From Minisyncoccia bacterium (GTDB lineage: Bacteria; Patescibacteriota; Minisyncoccia; Phycocordibacterales; CALRBL01): a stretch of 64,000 nt of DNA. The DNA lies in contig JBBRNV010000001.1 in assembly GCA_038230075.1 (NCBI GenBank), forward strand, positions 11,672-75,671, read 5' to 3'. Position 1 is the stretch's first letter. Each line of letters begins with the position of its first letter. This document shows, piece after piece, positions 26,163 through 38,223 of the stretch. The notes under the pieces were generated by a model, which saw only the letters and a program-made list of their open reading frames with translations, searched no databases and was not told the DNA's origin. Made by a program: the position numbers and the translations under genes.

Positions 26163-27884
26163 ATGATATCTGTCATAAAGCGTTATTGGGGCTGGATACT
26201 TTCAATTTTTGTTTTTTCTGTTGCAACAAATGGACTCTCACTCCTGTTTCCGAAGAAAGTCGGGGTATTTGTTGATGCATATAAAAGCGGCACATTTTCA
26301 GCGCATGACACAATACTTAGTCTTGTGTGGCTTTCAGTCGTCATATTATTGACTGCTTTTATACAATTTATTATTTCAACGTATGCATCTGAAAAGATTG
26401 GAAGAGAATACCGACAAAAAATAATTAGCGCTCTTCAGGGTCAAAGTTTAAGGTATGTACGTGAGACAACGGCCGCACGATTAATCACCACGCTGACATC
26501 AGATGTTGATGCTGTTAAGAACTTGGTTGCGTCAGGTATTGTTTCAATTCTCACTGCAATTGTTACACTCATTGGTGCTGTTATATTCCTTCTAAGTATT
26601 AATTGGAAGTTAGCCCTTATCACTCTTTCGGTTATTCCTGTTTTAATGTTTGTTTTTTCAATGATTATGGGAAAAGCGGGAAAGTTGTTTGGAATGTCTC
26701 AAATTAATCTTGATAGAATAAATAAAACAATTAACGAGAGTATTATTTCTGCTCCACTTATTAGAGTTCTTAATGCGCGAAATGCTGAATCTAAAAAATT
26801 TGAAGAGGTAAATAAGGCAAGTACTGATATTGCTCGCGGAATTGTAAGGGTTTTTGCTTCACTTATTCCTATTGTGGTTATTCTTTCGAATGTCGCTATT
26901 CTTCTTGTTCTTTGGTTCGGAGGTAAGCAAGTTATTGGAGGAACTCTCTCTATTGGACAAATGAGTGCTTTTTTCTCATATACGTCAGTATTTATTTATC
27001 CATTCTTTATTCTTTCTTTTGCGAGTACGTTTATTTCTCGAGCCAATGTATCACTTAAAAGAATTCAAGAAGTATTAGAAGCGAAAGGTTCAGTAGCTGT
27101 TGAAGGGGGAAATCACCAAGCTCAACTAAAAGGGGGAATTGTCTTCGACAATGTCACACTTTCATACAGTGATAAAATTATTCTAAAAGATATTAGTTTC
27201 GAAATTAAACCAGGAACAAAAACAGCAATTGTTGGACCAACCGGAGCGGGAAAGACCGAACTATTCTATCTTGTGGCAGGTCTGACTGATCCAACGATGG
27301 GTAAGGTGTTGGTTGATGGCGTACCAACATCTGATTGGAATCAGTCGTCACTTCTTTCTCAAATCGGTCTAGTGTTTCAAGATAGTGTTATCTTTAACAC
27401 CACACTTAGAGAAAATGTTGTACTTAATGATGAGAAAAGAAAAGTTCACACAAAAGATGTTAAAAACGAAGATCAATTAACAAAAGCATTAAATACCTCA
27501 GAGCTCGAAGATTTAGTGGCAAGCCTTCCACAAGGAATAGAAACAATTATCAGTGAACGAGGAACTACTCTTTCTGGTGGTCAAAAACAGCGAGTGATGC
27601 TGGCACGAGCCCTCTCTTCTGAACCCTCTCTACTTTTGCTCGATGACTTTACGGCACGTGTTGATATTGCGACCGAAGGTAAAATTATTGATAAGCTCAA
27701 TAAGAACTACAAAAATCTTACTTTGGTTTCAATTACTCAAAAAATTGAGCCAATCAAAAAATACGATCATATTATTGTGCTTATGGAAGGAGAGCTTATT
27801 GCTCAAGGTAGCCACGATCAACTGATGAAATGCTCGATTGAATACCAACAAATTTACGCATCACAACAAACAACTGAACATTAA
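26163..27884 (+). CDS. ABC exporter, fused permease/ATPase (MsbA/multidrug type), subunit 1
   Basis: Six-TM N-terminal domain, Walker A GPTGAGKT, ABC signature LSGGQKQR, Walker B LLLLDD. Confidence 0.85.
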   Translation: MISVIKRYWGWILSIFVFSVATNGLSLLFPKKVGVFVDAYKSGTFSAHDTILSLVWLSVVILLTAFIQFIISTYASEKIGREYRQKIISALQGQSLRYVRETTAARLITTLTSDVDAVKNLVASGIVSILTAIVTLIGAVIFLLSINWKLALITLSVIPVLMFVFSMIMGKAGKLFGMSQINLDRINKTINESIISAPLIRVLNARNAESKKFEEVNKASTDIARGIVRVFASLIPIVVILSNVAILLVLWFGGKQVIGGTLSIGQMSAFFSYTSVFIYPFFILSFASTFISRANVSLKRIQEVLEAKGSVAVEGGNHQAQLKGGIVFDNVTLSYSDKIILKDISFEIKPGTKTAIVGPTGAGKTELFYLVAGLTDPTMGKVLVDGVPTSDWNQSSLLSQIGLVFQDSVIFNTTLRENVVLNDEKRKVHTKDVKNEDQLTKALNTSELEDLVASLPQGIETIISERGTTLSGGQKQRVMLARALSSEPSLLLLDDFTARVDIATEGKIIDKLNKNYKNLTLVSITQKIEPIKKYDHIIVLMEGELIAQGSHDQLMKCSIEYQQIYASQQTTEH

Positions 27885-27885
27885 T

Positions 27886-29664
27886 ATGAATTACAATCTT
27901 AACGACATTCCAAAAGATAGTAGAAGTTATTTCAAGCGACTATTCGACAGTTTTAAAGGATTATCTGCATATATAGATAAAAAGAAAATGTTTCTGGCTA
28001 TTTTTTTGGTACTCATTAGTTCTATTGCACAAATCGTTACTCCTTATTTACTTGGTTCAGCAATCGATAAATATATTGCGCCTGGAAACTTACGAGGTTT
28101 AGGTAGTCTTATTCTAATTGTTGGTGTTTTGTATGTGATTACTGCATTAACTTCATATGCACAGCAAATCATTATGGGAAATGTTGGCCAAGACGCACTT
28201 TTTAAATTACGTTCTGTTATTTTCGAAAAAATACAGTCGCTTCCAATAGGATTTTTCAACCAAAATAAAGTAGGAGATTTGATGTCTCGTATTAATAACG
28301 ACACCGATAAACTTTCACAATTTCTTTCTGAAAGTATTTTGAGATTCGCTGGAAGCTTTGCAACGCTTCTTGGAATTGCTGGATTTGTTCTCTATATCAA
28401 TCTTAAGCTTGGTGCTTCACTTCTTTCAACCACTATCATTCTTTTTGTTATTACTCGAATCATTTCTCCTTTTCTTGAGCAAGCAAATAAGAAAAGCTCT
28501 CAATCAGTTGGGGCTTTTACTTCGGGTGTACAAGAAAATCTTACTAACTTTAAAGCGATAGTGGCATTCGATCGACGAACATATTTCGAAGAGAATCTTA
28601 ATAGTTTGGCAACTAACGCATATAAAGCCTCAATGTGGGCAGGTTTTGGGAACAATGTGCTTAGTCCTGTATACGATTTTGGTGGATATATCGCCCAGTT
28701 AGTTGTACTTGTGTATGGAATCTACTTAACAACTCATGGCCAAATGACTATCGGAATTCTGATTGGTTTTCTTACGTATGCCATCAGATTTTATGACCCA
28801 CTTCGTTTTATGGCTACGATTTTCTCTAATATTCAAGTGTCACTAGCGTCATGGAGCCGTATTCAAGACATTTTGAAAATGACATCAGATTTAATTCAAG
28901 TTCCTGAATCTGATGAAACAAAAGCTAAAATGACACACAGTGATAAAGAAATTATGTGTTTCGATCATGTTACTTTCGGATACAAAGATGACCAGAAAAT
29001 TATTAATGATGCCTGCTTAATGCTTGAAAAGGGCAAAACATATGCACTCGTTGGCCCTACTGGAGGAGGAAAGTCGACTCTAGCAAGCTTGATGGCTCGT
29101 TTGTATGATCCAGTGAGTGGAACGATTTTCTTAAAATCTAAAGATATTCGTTCATATTCTACTGAAGAAAAAAGTAAGCTTGTTAGTCTTATTCTGCAGG
29201 AACCTTTAATGTTTGAGGGAACAATTGCAGATAATATTCGATATGGAAATTCAGAATTTGAAGGAATGAATGACGATAACCTCATGTCACATTTCCATGA
29301 AAAAGGAATGAAAGAACTCATTGGACGTTTTCAAGAAGGGCTTGCAACAAAAGTTGATGTTGGAGGGGAAAATATTAGTTTGGGTCAAAAACAACTCATT
29401 TCATTTCTTCGAATCATTCTTCGTCAACCTGAGTTACTCATTCTTGATGAAGCCACTGCAAACATCGATACAGTCACTGAATCAATGCTTCAACACATGA
29501 TCGACAGCCTTCCTGAATCAACAACTAAGGTTATTATTGCTCATCGGTTAAACACTATTCAAAAAGCAGATCAGATATTCTTTATTAATGGAGGTAGTAT
29601 CGAAAAAGCAAAAAGTTTTGAAGAAGTGGCCTCAATGATTCAACAAGCTAAGCGTACAAGTTAA
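27886..29664 (+). CDS. ABC exporter, fused permease/ATPase, subunit 2
   Basis: Walker A GPTGGGKST, signature ISLGQKQL, Walker B LILDEATA. The ATG at 27886 is 1 nt after the upstream stop (the ORF track start at 27838 overlaps). Confidence 0.85.
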   Translation: MNYNLNDIPKDSRSYFKRLFDSFKGLSAYIDKKKMFLAIFLVLISSIAQIVTPYLLGSAIDKYIAPGNLRGLGSLILIVGVLYVITALTSYAQQIIMGNVGQDALFKLRSVIFEKIQSLPIGFFNQNKVGDLMSRINNDTDKLSQFLSESILRFAGSFATLLGIAGFVLYINLKLGASLLSTTIILFVITRIISPFLEQANKKSSQSVGAFTSGVQENLTNFKAIVAFDRRTYFEENLNSLATNAYKASMWAGFGNNVLSPVYDFGGYIAQLVVLVYGIYLTTHGQMTIGILIGFLTYAIRFYDPLRFMATIFSNIQVSLASWSRIQDILKMTSDLIQVPESDETKAKMTHSDKEIMCFDHVTFGYKDDQKIINDACLMLEKGKTYALVGPTGGGKSTLASLMARLYDPVSGTIFLKSKDIRSYSTEEKSKLVSLILQEPLMFEGTIADNIRYGNSEFEGMNDDNLMSHFHEKGMKELIGRFQEGLATKVDVGGENISLGQKQLISFLRIILRQPELLILDEATANIDTVTESMLQHMIDSLPESTTKVIIAHRLNTIQKADQIFFINGGSIEKAKSFEEVASMIQQAKRTS

Positions 29665-31194
29665 TTATTCTACTGCTAAATTTATTCCAGTCATTCCTTT
29701 TGGTTTTTCAATTCCAAGATAGGCAAGTGTTGTTGGAGCAAGACTTGTTAGTGATTGATTATCGACAAGTTTGGCAATGTTTGGATCAGTGATAATACAT
29801 GGAACCAAGTTAGTTGTGTGTGCGGTATGAATTGTTTTTGTTTCTAAATCAACATTTACTTCAGCATTTCCATGGTCTGCGGTAACAATGGCTATTCCTT
29901 TTTTTTCAACAAGAGCAGTAACAACTCGTTCTAATTGTTTGTCTACTTCTTCAACTGCTTCAATAATTGCAGGAACGTTTCCTGTGTGTCCAACCATGTC
30001 AGGATTGGCAAAGTTAATAAAAATAAAGTTTGTTCCTTTGTTGATATGCTCAATTGCTTTGTCTGCAATAGCCTCAGCTCGCATTTCAGGAGCTTTATCG
30101 TGAGTCTGCACATCTTTTCTACTTTCAAGTAATTCGTGAACTTCACCCTTGTGAGGAATTTCTCTTCCTCCGTTTAAAAAATAAGTAGCGTGAGGAAATT
30201 TTTCTGTTTCTGCAATGTGAGCTTGTGTTAAGTTAGCTTCTGAAATTTCTGCTGCAAGTGTTGTTTCTGCTTCAATTGCAGGAAATGCGACCATCGCTTT
30301 AAGTTCTTTTTGATATTCAGTCATTGTTACAAAACAAAGATTCATGGTCGTAACTTGCTCAGCAATTTTTTTAGAAATCATTCGTGCTCTGTCAGATCGA
30401 AAATTAAAAAATAAAACCCCGTCATTTTTTTCGATTTTATATGATTTGTTATTGTCATCAAGAAAAACAATTGGTTCAACGTGTTCATCGACAATGCCAA
30501 GTTCATACAACTTCTCAAAAGTTTCACTTGGTGTATTTGTTTTGATTGTGTGTTTTTCACTAAGACTTTTTGCGTTGAATAATACATTTTCTACTTTTGA
30601 GATTCTGTCCCAGTTATTGTCTCTATCCATAGCGTAAAAACGTCCTGAGGCTGATGCAATGAATCCAATACCAACAACCCTAAGAACTTGTTCCAGTTCT
30701 TTTATATATGCCGCGGCGCTTTGTGGAGCGGTATCTCGACCGTCGGTATAGATATGAATTGCAATTTTATGTATTCCAGCCTTCTTAGCGGCCTTAAGGA
30801 ATGCAAAAAGATGCTCTTGATGACTGTGTACGCCTCCGTCGCTTAGTAACCCTTTAATGTGAAGAGTGGAATCAAATTTTTTTACGTGTTTGAAAAGAGA
30901 AGTGAATGCTGGGTTTGAAACAAACTCATCGTTATCTATCGATTTTTTGATTCTAACTAAATCTGTATCGAGCGCTCTTCCTGCTCCAATGGTAGTGTGA
31001 CCAATCTCGCTATTTCCCATCTGACCTTGAGGCAAACCAACAGCTAGTCCAGAAGCATCAAGGAGTGTGTGAGGGTAGGTACTCCAAAGAGAGTCGAAAA
31101 AGGGAGTTTTCGCCTGTGCAATAGCATTGTTCGTGGTGTATTCTCGATGACCCCATCCGTCGAGAATAATAAGTACAACTTGTTTGTGTTCCAT
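29665..31194 (-). CDS. gpmI: 2,3-bisphosphoglycerate-independent phosphoglycerate mutase
   Basis: VVLIILDGWGHRE N-terminus and full-length alignment to iPGM. Confidence 0.9.
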   Translation of the reverse strand: MEHKQVVLIILDGWGHREYTTNNAIAQAKTPFFDSLWSTYPHTLLDASGLAVGLPQGQMGNSEIGHTTIGAGRALDTDLVRIKKSIDNDEFVSNPAFTSLFKHVKKFDSTLHIKGLLSDGGVHSHQEHLFAFLKAAKKAGIHKIAIHIYTDGRDTAPQSAAAYIKELEQVLRVVGIGFIASASGRFYAMDRDNNWDRISKVENVLFNAKSLSEKHTIKTNTPSETFEKLYELGIVDEHVEPIVFLDDNNKSYKIEKNDGVLFFNFRSDRARMISKKIAEQVTTMNLCFVTMTEYQKELKAMVAFPAIEAETTLAAEISEANLTQAHIAETEKFPHATYFLNGGREIPHKGEVHELLESRKDVQTHDKAPEMRAEAIADKAIEHINKGTNFIFINFANPDMVGHTGNVPAIIEAVEEVDKQLERVVTALVEKKGIAIVTADHGNAEVNVDLETKTIHTAHTTNLVPCIITDPNIAKLVDNQSLTSLAPTTLAYLGIEKPKGMTGINLAVE

Positions 31195-31215
31195 TTTTAA
31201 GTAAATTCGTTCAGT

Positions 31216-32544
<1,329 letters not shown>

Positions 32545-32575
32545 TCATTTCACACAACGTTTTCTGAATTAAAAT

Positions 32576-33121
32576 GTGTGGTATATTACCTACATGGAAA
32601 ATCCAAAAGTACAAGGAACGGTATACGCACTTATATTTTTAGTAGTAGTTGGAGGGTTAGGAGCACTGCTGTATTATTCTTCTGATTTTTCAAAATCATC
32701 AAGTACGACTGCAACAAGTACAGCAACATCAACACAAAATAATTTACAAGTCCCAAATAATTCAAATACAAATATGGAAACAGTTACAACAGCAAGTGGT
32801 TTAATGATTAAAGACACAGTAGTAGGAACAGGTGCAGAAGTTGTCTCTGGTGATAATGTTGTCGTAGATTACGAAGGAAAGTTAGAAGATGGAACAGTGT
32901 TTGATAGTTCATATAAACGAGGTGAGCCTGTTTCTTTCGCAATCGGAATCGGAAAAGTTATTAAAGGATGGGATGAAGGAATTCCTGGAATGAAAGTTGG
33001 CGGAAAACGAACATTAATTATTCCTGGAAATCTTGCGTACGGTCCAAGTGGTATTCCTGGAACAATTCCTCCAAACGCAACACTTATCTTCAACGTAGAA
33101 CTACACGATATTAAAAAATAA
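32576..33121 (+). CDS. FKBP-type peptidyl-prolyl cis-trans isomerase, membrane-anchored
   Basis: N-terminal TM plus FKBP domain [17 protein letters not shown]...[23 protein letters not shown]. Confidence 0.8.
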   Translation: MWYITYMENPKVQGTVYALIFLVVVGGLGALLYYSSDFSKSSSTTATSTATSTQNNLQVPNNSNTNMETVTTASGLMIKDTVVGTGAEVVSGDNVVVDYEGKLEDGTVFDSSYKRGEPVSFAIGIGKVIKGWDEGIPGMKVGGKRTLIIPGNLAYGPSGIPGTIPPNATLIFNVELHDIKK

Positions 33122-33128
33122 CTCGTAT

Positions 33129-34403
33129 ATGGCAATTATAGACAATCACTCAATGCGTCAGTCGGCACTGTTTACTAAAACTCGTCGAGAAGCTCCTAAA
33201 GATGAAGTAGCTAAAAACGCTCAGCTTTTGATTCGTGCTGGATTCATTCATAAAGATATGACTGGTGTGTATTCATATTTACCACTTGGTCTTAAGGTTC
33301 TCAAAAAGATTGAACAAATTATTCGAGAAGAAATGAATGAACTTGGCGGGCAAGAACTATTTTTAGCATCACTTCAAAATAAGGAATTGTGGGAAAAAAC
33401 TAATCGATGGGACGACGCTGCTGTTGATATCTGGTTTAAAACTGAATTAAAAAATGGGGCATTTCTTGGACTAGGTATGACACACGAAGAACCTATCACA
33501 AATTTAATGAGAGAGCATATTCGATCTATCAAAGATTTGCCGGTCGCTGCATATCAATTTCAAACAAAGTTTCGAAACGAACTTCGAGCAAAAAGTGGAA
33601 TTATGCGAGGAAGAGAGTTCTTAATGAAAGATCTATATTCTTTCTCAAAAAACGAACAGTCGCATTTTGAATTTTACGAAAAAACAAAGACTGCATACAC
33701 AAAAATCTATCAAAGAGTGGGGCTTGGCGAAAGCACATTTCTTACATTTGCGTCAGGAGGAATATTTGCTCCATATTCACACGAATTTCAAACTATCACT
33801 GATGCTGGTGAAGATGTTATTTATGTAAGTCGAGAAAAACGAATTGCAATCAATAAAGAAGTATACACGCCAGAAGTGATGAAAGAACTTGGAGTTATTG
33901 CAGAAGAGTTAGAAGAAGTAAAATCTGTTGAAGTTGGAAATATCTTTACTTTAGGAACTCGATTTTCTGAGCCACTTGAATTATTTTATAATGACGAAAA
34001 AGGCGAGCGAACTCCAGTATTTATGGGAAGTTATGGCATTGGCCTCGGACGAGTGATGGGAACAATAGTTGAAACCATGTCTGATGAAAAAGGAATTATT
34101 TGGCCTGCAGAAGTTTCACCATTTAATATTCACCTCATTTCTCTTGATCCAAAAGATGAAGTCATAAGAAGTACTTGTGATGAGTTATATAATGCATTTC
34201 AACAAATGGGAAAATCTGTTCTCTATGATGATCGTGATCTTCGACCAGGAGAGAAATTTAATGATGCAGATCTTATTGGTATCCCACTTCAGATCATTGT
34301 TGGTTCAAAGAATCTTACAAATGGAATGGTAGAAATGAAAGAAAGAGCTAAGAATATGGCTACGTTAGTTCCAAAGGAAAAGATTTTTGCGACGATTGCC
34401 TAA
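33129..34403 (+). CDS. proS: proline--tRNA ligase (short form without INS editing domain)
   Basis: Class II aaRS motifs. The N-terminus aligns to bacterial ProS. 424 aa. Confidence 0.85.
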   Translation: MAIIDNHSMRQSALFTKTRREAPKDEVAKNAQLLIRAGFIHKDMTGVYSYLPLGLKVLKKIEQIIREEMNELGGQELFLASLQNKELWEKTNRWDDAAVDIWFKTELKNGAFLGLGMTHEEPITNLMREHIRSIKDLPVAAYQFQTKFRNELRAKSGIMRGREFLMKDLYSFSKNEQSHFEFYEKTKTAYTKIYQRVGLGESTFLTFASGGIFAPYSHEFQTITDAGEDVIYVSREKRIAINKEVYTPEVMKELGVIAEELEEVKSVEVGNIFTLGTRFSEPLELFYNDEKGERTPVFMGSYGIGLGRVMGTIVETMSDEKGIIWPAEVSPFNIHLISLDPKDEVIRSTCDELYNAFQQMGKSVLYDDRDLRPGEKFNDADLIGIPLQIIVGSKNLTNGMVEMKERAKNMATLVPKEKIFATIA

Positions 34404-34435
34404 TACTGTAAACAGACGTACTATCAAGTAACTAT

Positions 34436-35491
34436 ATGGCACGAGGATTTCAACACTTATTTTCAAACGATATTGGAGTAGATTTGGGTACGGCAAACAC
34501 TCTTGTATATGTTGCTGGTCAAGGAATTGTTATCAACGAACCCTCAGTTGTTGCGATAAACCAAAAAACAGGGCGAGTTGTTGCAGTAGGAAAAGAAGCA
34601 AAAGACATGCTTGGACGAACACCGGCACACATTCAAGCAGTTCGTCCTCTTGTTGATGGAGTTATTTCAGATTTTGAAGTGACACAAGAAATGCTCCTCT
34701 ATTTAATTCGAAAAGCGGAATCAAAAGTAAAAAAACTATTGGGCCCAAGAATGGTGATCGGAGTTCCTTCTGGAACAACAAACGTTGAAAGACGTGCTGT
34801 TCGTGATGCTGCAAAAAGTGCAGGTGCTCGAGAAGTTTTTATTGTTGAAGAACCAATGGCTGGTGCTATTGGTATTGGTCTTCCTGTTATGCAGCCAATT
34901 GGAAATATTATTATCGATATTGGAGGAGGAACAACTGATATTGCCGTTATTTCACTTGGAGGAATTGTTAAATCAAAAAATTTGAAAGTAGCAGGAGATA
35001 AATTGAATGACGACATTATTAACTACATGAAAAATGAGTTTAAAATTCTTATAGGTGAAAAAACAGCTGAGCAATTAAAAATTTCAGTAGGAGGTGCAAT
35101 TCCTCGAGAAGAAGCAATTCAAATTCCTGTTAGAGGACGTGACCTTATTACAGGATTACCACGAGAAGTAATGGTTGGTGATGTCGACATTCAAGCGGCA
35201 CTTATTGGTTCAGTTGAAACATTAATGGATGCAGTTAAAGAGGTTCTTGAAACAACACCTCCTGAGATTTTGGCAGATATTATGCAGCGAGGAGTCTATT
35301 TAATAGGAGGGGGAGCTCTTATTTCAGGTTTTAGAGATCTTCTTGAGAATTTTCTTGGTATTCCAGTATTTATCGCAGAAGATCCATTGTCGGCAGTTGT
35401 TCGAGGAACTGGTATAATTCTTGAGCATATAACAACATTTAAAGAAGTCTTATTAGAAAATGAAGAAGAACTTCCACTCAGCAATAAATAA
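34436..35491 (+). CDS. mreB: rod shape-determining protein MreB
   Basis: DIGVDLGTANTLVYV and the rest of the actin-fold motifs. Confidence 0.9.
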   Translation: MARGFQHLFSNDIGVDLGTANTLVYVAGQGIVINEPSVVAINQKTGRVVAVGKEAKDMLGRTPAHIQAVRPLVDGVISDFEVTQEMLLYLIRKAESKVKKLLGPRMVIGVPSGTTNVERRAVRDAAKSAGAREVFIVEEPMAGAIGIGLPVMQPIGNIIIDIGGGTTDIAVISLGGIVKSKNLKVAGDKLNDDIINYMKNEFKILIGEKTAEQLKISVGGAIPREEAIQIPVRGRDLITGLPREVMVGDVDIQAALIGSVETLMDAVKEVLETTPPEILADIMQRGVYLIGGGALISGFRDLLENFLGIPVFIAEDPLSAVVRGTGIILEHITTFKEVLLENEEELPLSNK

Positions 35492-36272
35492 TCAAGGAAA
35501 TAGAAAATCGTTTCTACGACAGTTTTCAATTGCAAGTAGTCTTGCAATTGTAGTCATTGTTGTGGTTCTCACCTTTCAAACATCTCTTCGAGGATACATG
35601 ATTTCAATGCTTTCTCCGATTTGGAAGATTGAACAAGGGTTTAAAATGGGAACAGCGAGAGTGTTCAGTAGTTTCTCAACTTCAAATCTTCAAAAAGAAA
35701 ATGAAGATCTTAAAAGCAAGCTTACTTCAAGTGAGGTGAAAGATTCACTTCAGCAAGCTCTTGTAGTTGAGAATAGAGAATTAAAACAAGTACTTGGAAG
35801 ACTCGCAACAACAACAGCTTCAAGTACAAAATTAGCTTCAATTTTACCGAAACCCAATCAGTTCTCAAATGACACTCTTCTTGTTGACCTTGGCTCTGAA
35901 GATGGAATTTTAAATGAAAGTTTGGTAGTTGCATATGGAAACGTACCAATCGGGACCATTACAGAAGTATATTCTCATCAATCTCTTGTTACGTTATTTT
36001 CTGCCTTTAATAAAAAAACAAAAGTATTAATAGGTGACAAACATTTAGAAGCAGAAGCTCAAGGAGTTGGTGCTGGGGGTTTTGTGCTTAAACTTCCAAA
36101 AGCTACTGAAATAAAAAATGGAGATGTTGTGACCGCCACAAACTTCATTACGTATGTTTTTGGAAATATTTCTTCAATAGAATCTGTTGAGAATAATCCT
36201 TTTATTGAAGCTCACTTTTCGCTTTTCGCTAATCCTCAAGAGCTTCATTTTGTTCAGATAATTAAAAATTAA
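35460..36272 (+). CDS. mreC: rod shape-determining protein MreC
   Basis: N-terminal TM, coiled-coil segment and C-terminal beta domain. Synteny between mreB and PBP2. Start is uncertain (overlaps the mreB 3' end). Confidence 0.6.
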   Translation: MKKNFHSAINNQGNRKSFLRQFSIASSLAIVVIVVVLTFQTSLRGYMISMLSPIWKIEQGFKMGTARVFSSFSTSNLQKENEDLKSKLTSSEVKDSLQQALVVENRELKQVLGRLATTTASSTKLASILPKPNQFSNDTLLVDLGSEDGILNESLVVAYGNVPIGTITEVYSHQSLVTLFSAFNKKTKVLIGDKHLEAEAQGVGAGGFVLKLPKATEIKNGDVVTATNFITYVFGNISSIESVENNPFIEAHFSLFANPQELHFVQIIKN

Positions 36273-36529
36273 TGAATCCTAGGTACGCAAAAATTTTATT
36301 TGTATTTTTTGGTTTATTTCTTATCTCATTCGCTTTACCTTGGTGGATTTCACTTCCACTAGCATGTATTTCAGTCTTTTTTATCGATATATACGCGCCA
36401 ATTTGGGTTGCCGGAATTGTTGCGCTTCAAGCTTTTCAGTTTACACATGCTCAATCAGTTGTATGTATTATTTTAGGCCTCATTCTATGGGTAATCTGTA
36501 CATATTCTAAAGATCGCTTTCGTGTATAA
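36272..36529 (+). CDS. small polytopic membrane protein, MreD-like by position
   Basis: 85 aa, 3 predicted TM helices, located between mreC and PBP2. Confidence 0.4.
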   Translation: MNPRYAKILFVFFGLFLISFALPWWISLPLACISVFFIDIYAPIWVAGIVALQAFQFTHAQSVVCIILGLILWVICTYSKDRFRV

Positions 36530-36537
36530 TATGCCAG

Positions 36538-38223
36538 ATGCAACGAAACTATGGTGAAATAGATCCTGACGAAATTTTACTTGATGCTCATAATTTGCCT
36601 GAGCTTGATACTCATCAATTTGAAGGAAGGCTTGAAAAACCAATTGGAAGACAGGCTGTACTTCTGCTTTCTTTAGTTTTCTGTGTTATTGGAGCTTTTT
36701 TCACATGGAGAGCGTGGAATTTACAAATTGCGAATGGCGAAGGGTATAAAAATAGAAGTGAGCAAAACAGTTTGCGATCTACGTTTGTATTTGCAGATCG
36801 CGGAGTTATTTCTGATCGAAATGGAATTCCTCTTGCGTGGAATGTTGAAAATGAAAGTTCTGACGATGTGTATGTAAAAAGAAAATATTTAGAAACAGAA
36901 GGTTTTTCAAATCTGTTGGGTTTTGTTCGATATCCAAAAAAAGATAAAAATGGTTTTTATTTTAAAACAGAAGTAACAGGCCACGATGGTGTTGAAGAAT
37001 ATTTCGACGGCATGTTGAAAGGAATTAACGGAGAAAAAGTTGTTGAAACTAACGCTAAAGGTGGTGTAGTTTCTCAAGGTGTTTTGGTACCACCTCAACA
37101 TGGTACGAATATTGCATTATCTATTGATCAAGATCTTCAGATGGCACTCTATCGAAATATTAAAGCCACTGCTGAAACTTCAGGGTTCGTTGGTGGATCA
37201 GGTGCAATTATGGATACACAAACAGGCGAGATTCTTGCAATGACAACTTATCCTGAATATTCCTCACAAGTTTTGGCAAATGGAGACGACTCGGCAGTAA
37301 TTGATTCATACTCTTCTAATTCTTCTAACCCTTATATGAATCGAGTCTTGAGTGGGCTATACACTCCTGGTTCGATTGTAAAGCCATTCATGGCATTAGC
37401 TGCACTCAATGAAAAAGTGATCACTCCTGAGAAACAAATTTTAAGTACAGGTTCAATTTCAATTCCAAATCCATATTTTAAAGATAAAACATCAGTTTTC
37501 CACGACTGGAGGGCGAATGGATGGACTGACATTCGACAAGCAATCGCGGTTTCTTCCGACGTTTATTTTTATGAAGTGGGAGGAGGTTTTCAAGATCAAA
37601 GAGGAATTGGTATCGATAATATTAATAAATACATGGAGTTATTTGGTTTTGGAACAGGTGTAAAAGATTCATTTTTCGCTAGTAAAGATGGCGTCATCCC
37701 TAATCCTGAATGGAAAAAGAAAGTTTTTGATAATGATCAATGGAGAGTGGGAGACACATACAACACGTCGATTGGTCAGTTTGGTTTTCAAGTGACACCC
37801 TTTCAAGCACTTCGTGCGGTTGCTGCCCTTACCAATAGTGGAACATTAATTAATCCAACTATTATTAAAACTACTCCAACCACAACAATTAGTATTGATC
37901 GAAAAATATCAAATATTCCAGATTCGTATTATCAAATTGTGAGAGAGGGTATGAGACAAGCGGTTACTCAAGGAACTCTCACCGCTTTAAATATTCCAGG
38001 AATCCATATTGCAGGAAAAACTGGTACTGCTGAACTTGGAACAAAAAAGCAGTATGTAAATTCTTTGGTTGAAGGATTCTTTCCTTATGAAAACCCACGA
38101 TATGCTTTTGTCATTGTTATGGAAAAAGGTCCAGCAAAATATAAAGAAGGTGCACCCGTTGCTGCTAAGAACTTTTTTGAGTGGTTAGTTGCAAGTAGTT
38201 CAAAACAACAGTACATTCAATAA
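36538..38223 (+). CDS. mrdA: penicillin-binding protein 2 (peptidoglycan D,D-transpeptidase)
   Basis: N-terminal TM, SxxK (SIVKP), SxN-like and KTGTAE motifs. Confidence 0.85.
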   Translation: MQRNYGEIDPDEILLDAHNLPELDTHQFEGRLEKPIGRQAVLLLSLVFCVIGAFFTWRAWNLQIANGEGYKNRSEQNSLRSTFVFADRGVISDRNGIPLAWNVENESSDDVYVKRKYLETEGFSNLLGFVRYPKKDKNGFYFKTEVTGHDGVEEYFDGMLKGINGEKVVETNAKGGVVSQGVLVPPQHGTNIALSIDQDLQMALYRNIKATAETSGFVGGSGAIMDTQTGEILAMTTYPEYSSQVLANGDDSAVIDSYSSNSSNPYMNRVLSGLYTPGSIVKPFMALAALNEKVITPEKQILSTGSISIPNPYFKDKTSVFHDWRANGWTDIRQAIAVSSDVYFYEVGGGFQDQRGIGIDNINKYMELFGFGTGVKDSFFASKDGVIPNPEWKKKVFDNDQWRVGDTYNTSIGQFGFQVTPFQALRAVAALTNSGTLINPTIIKTTPTTTISIDRKISNIPDSYYQIVREGMRQAVTQGTLTALNIPGIHIAGKTGTAELGTKKQYVNSLVEGFFPYENPRYAFVIVMEKGPAKYKEGAPVAAKNFFEWLVASSSKQQYIQ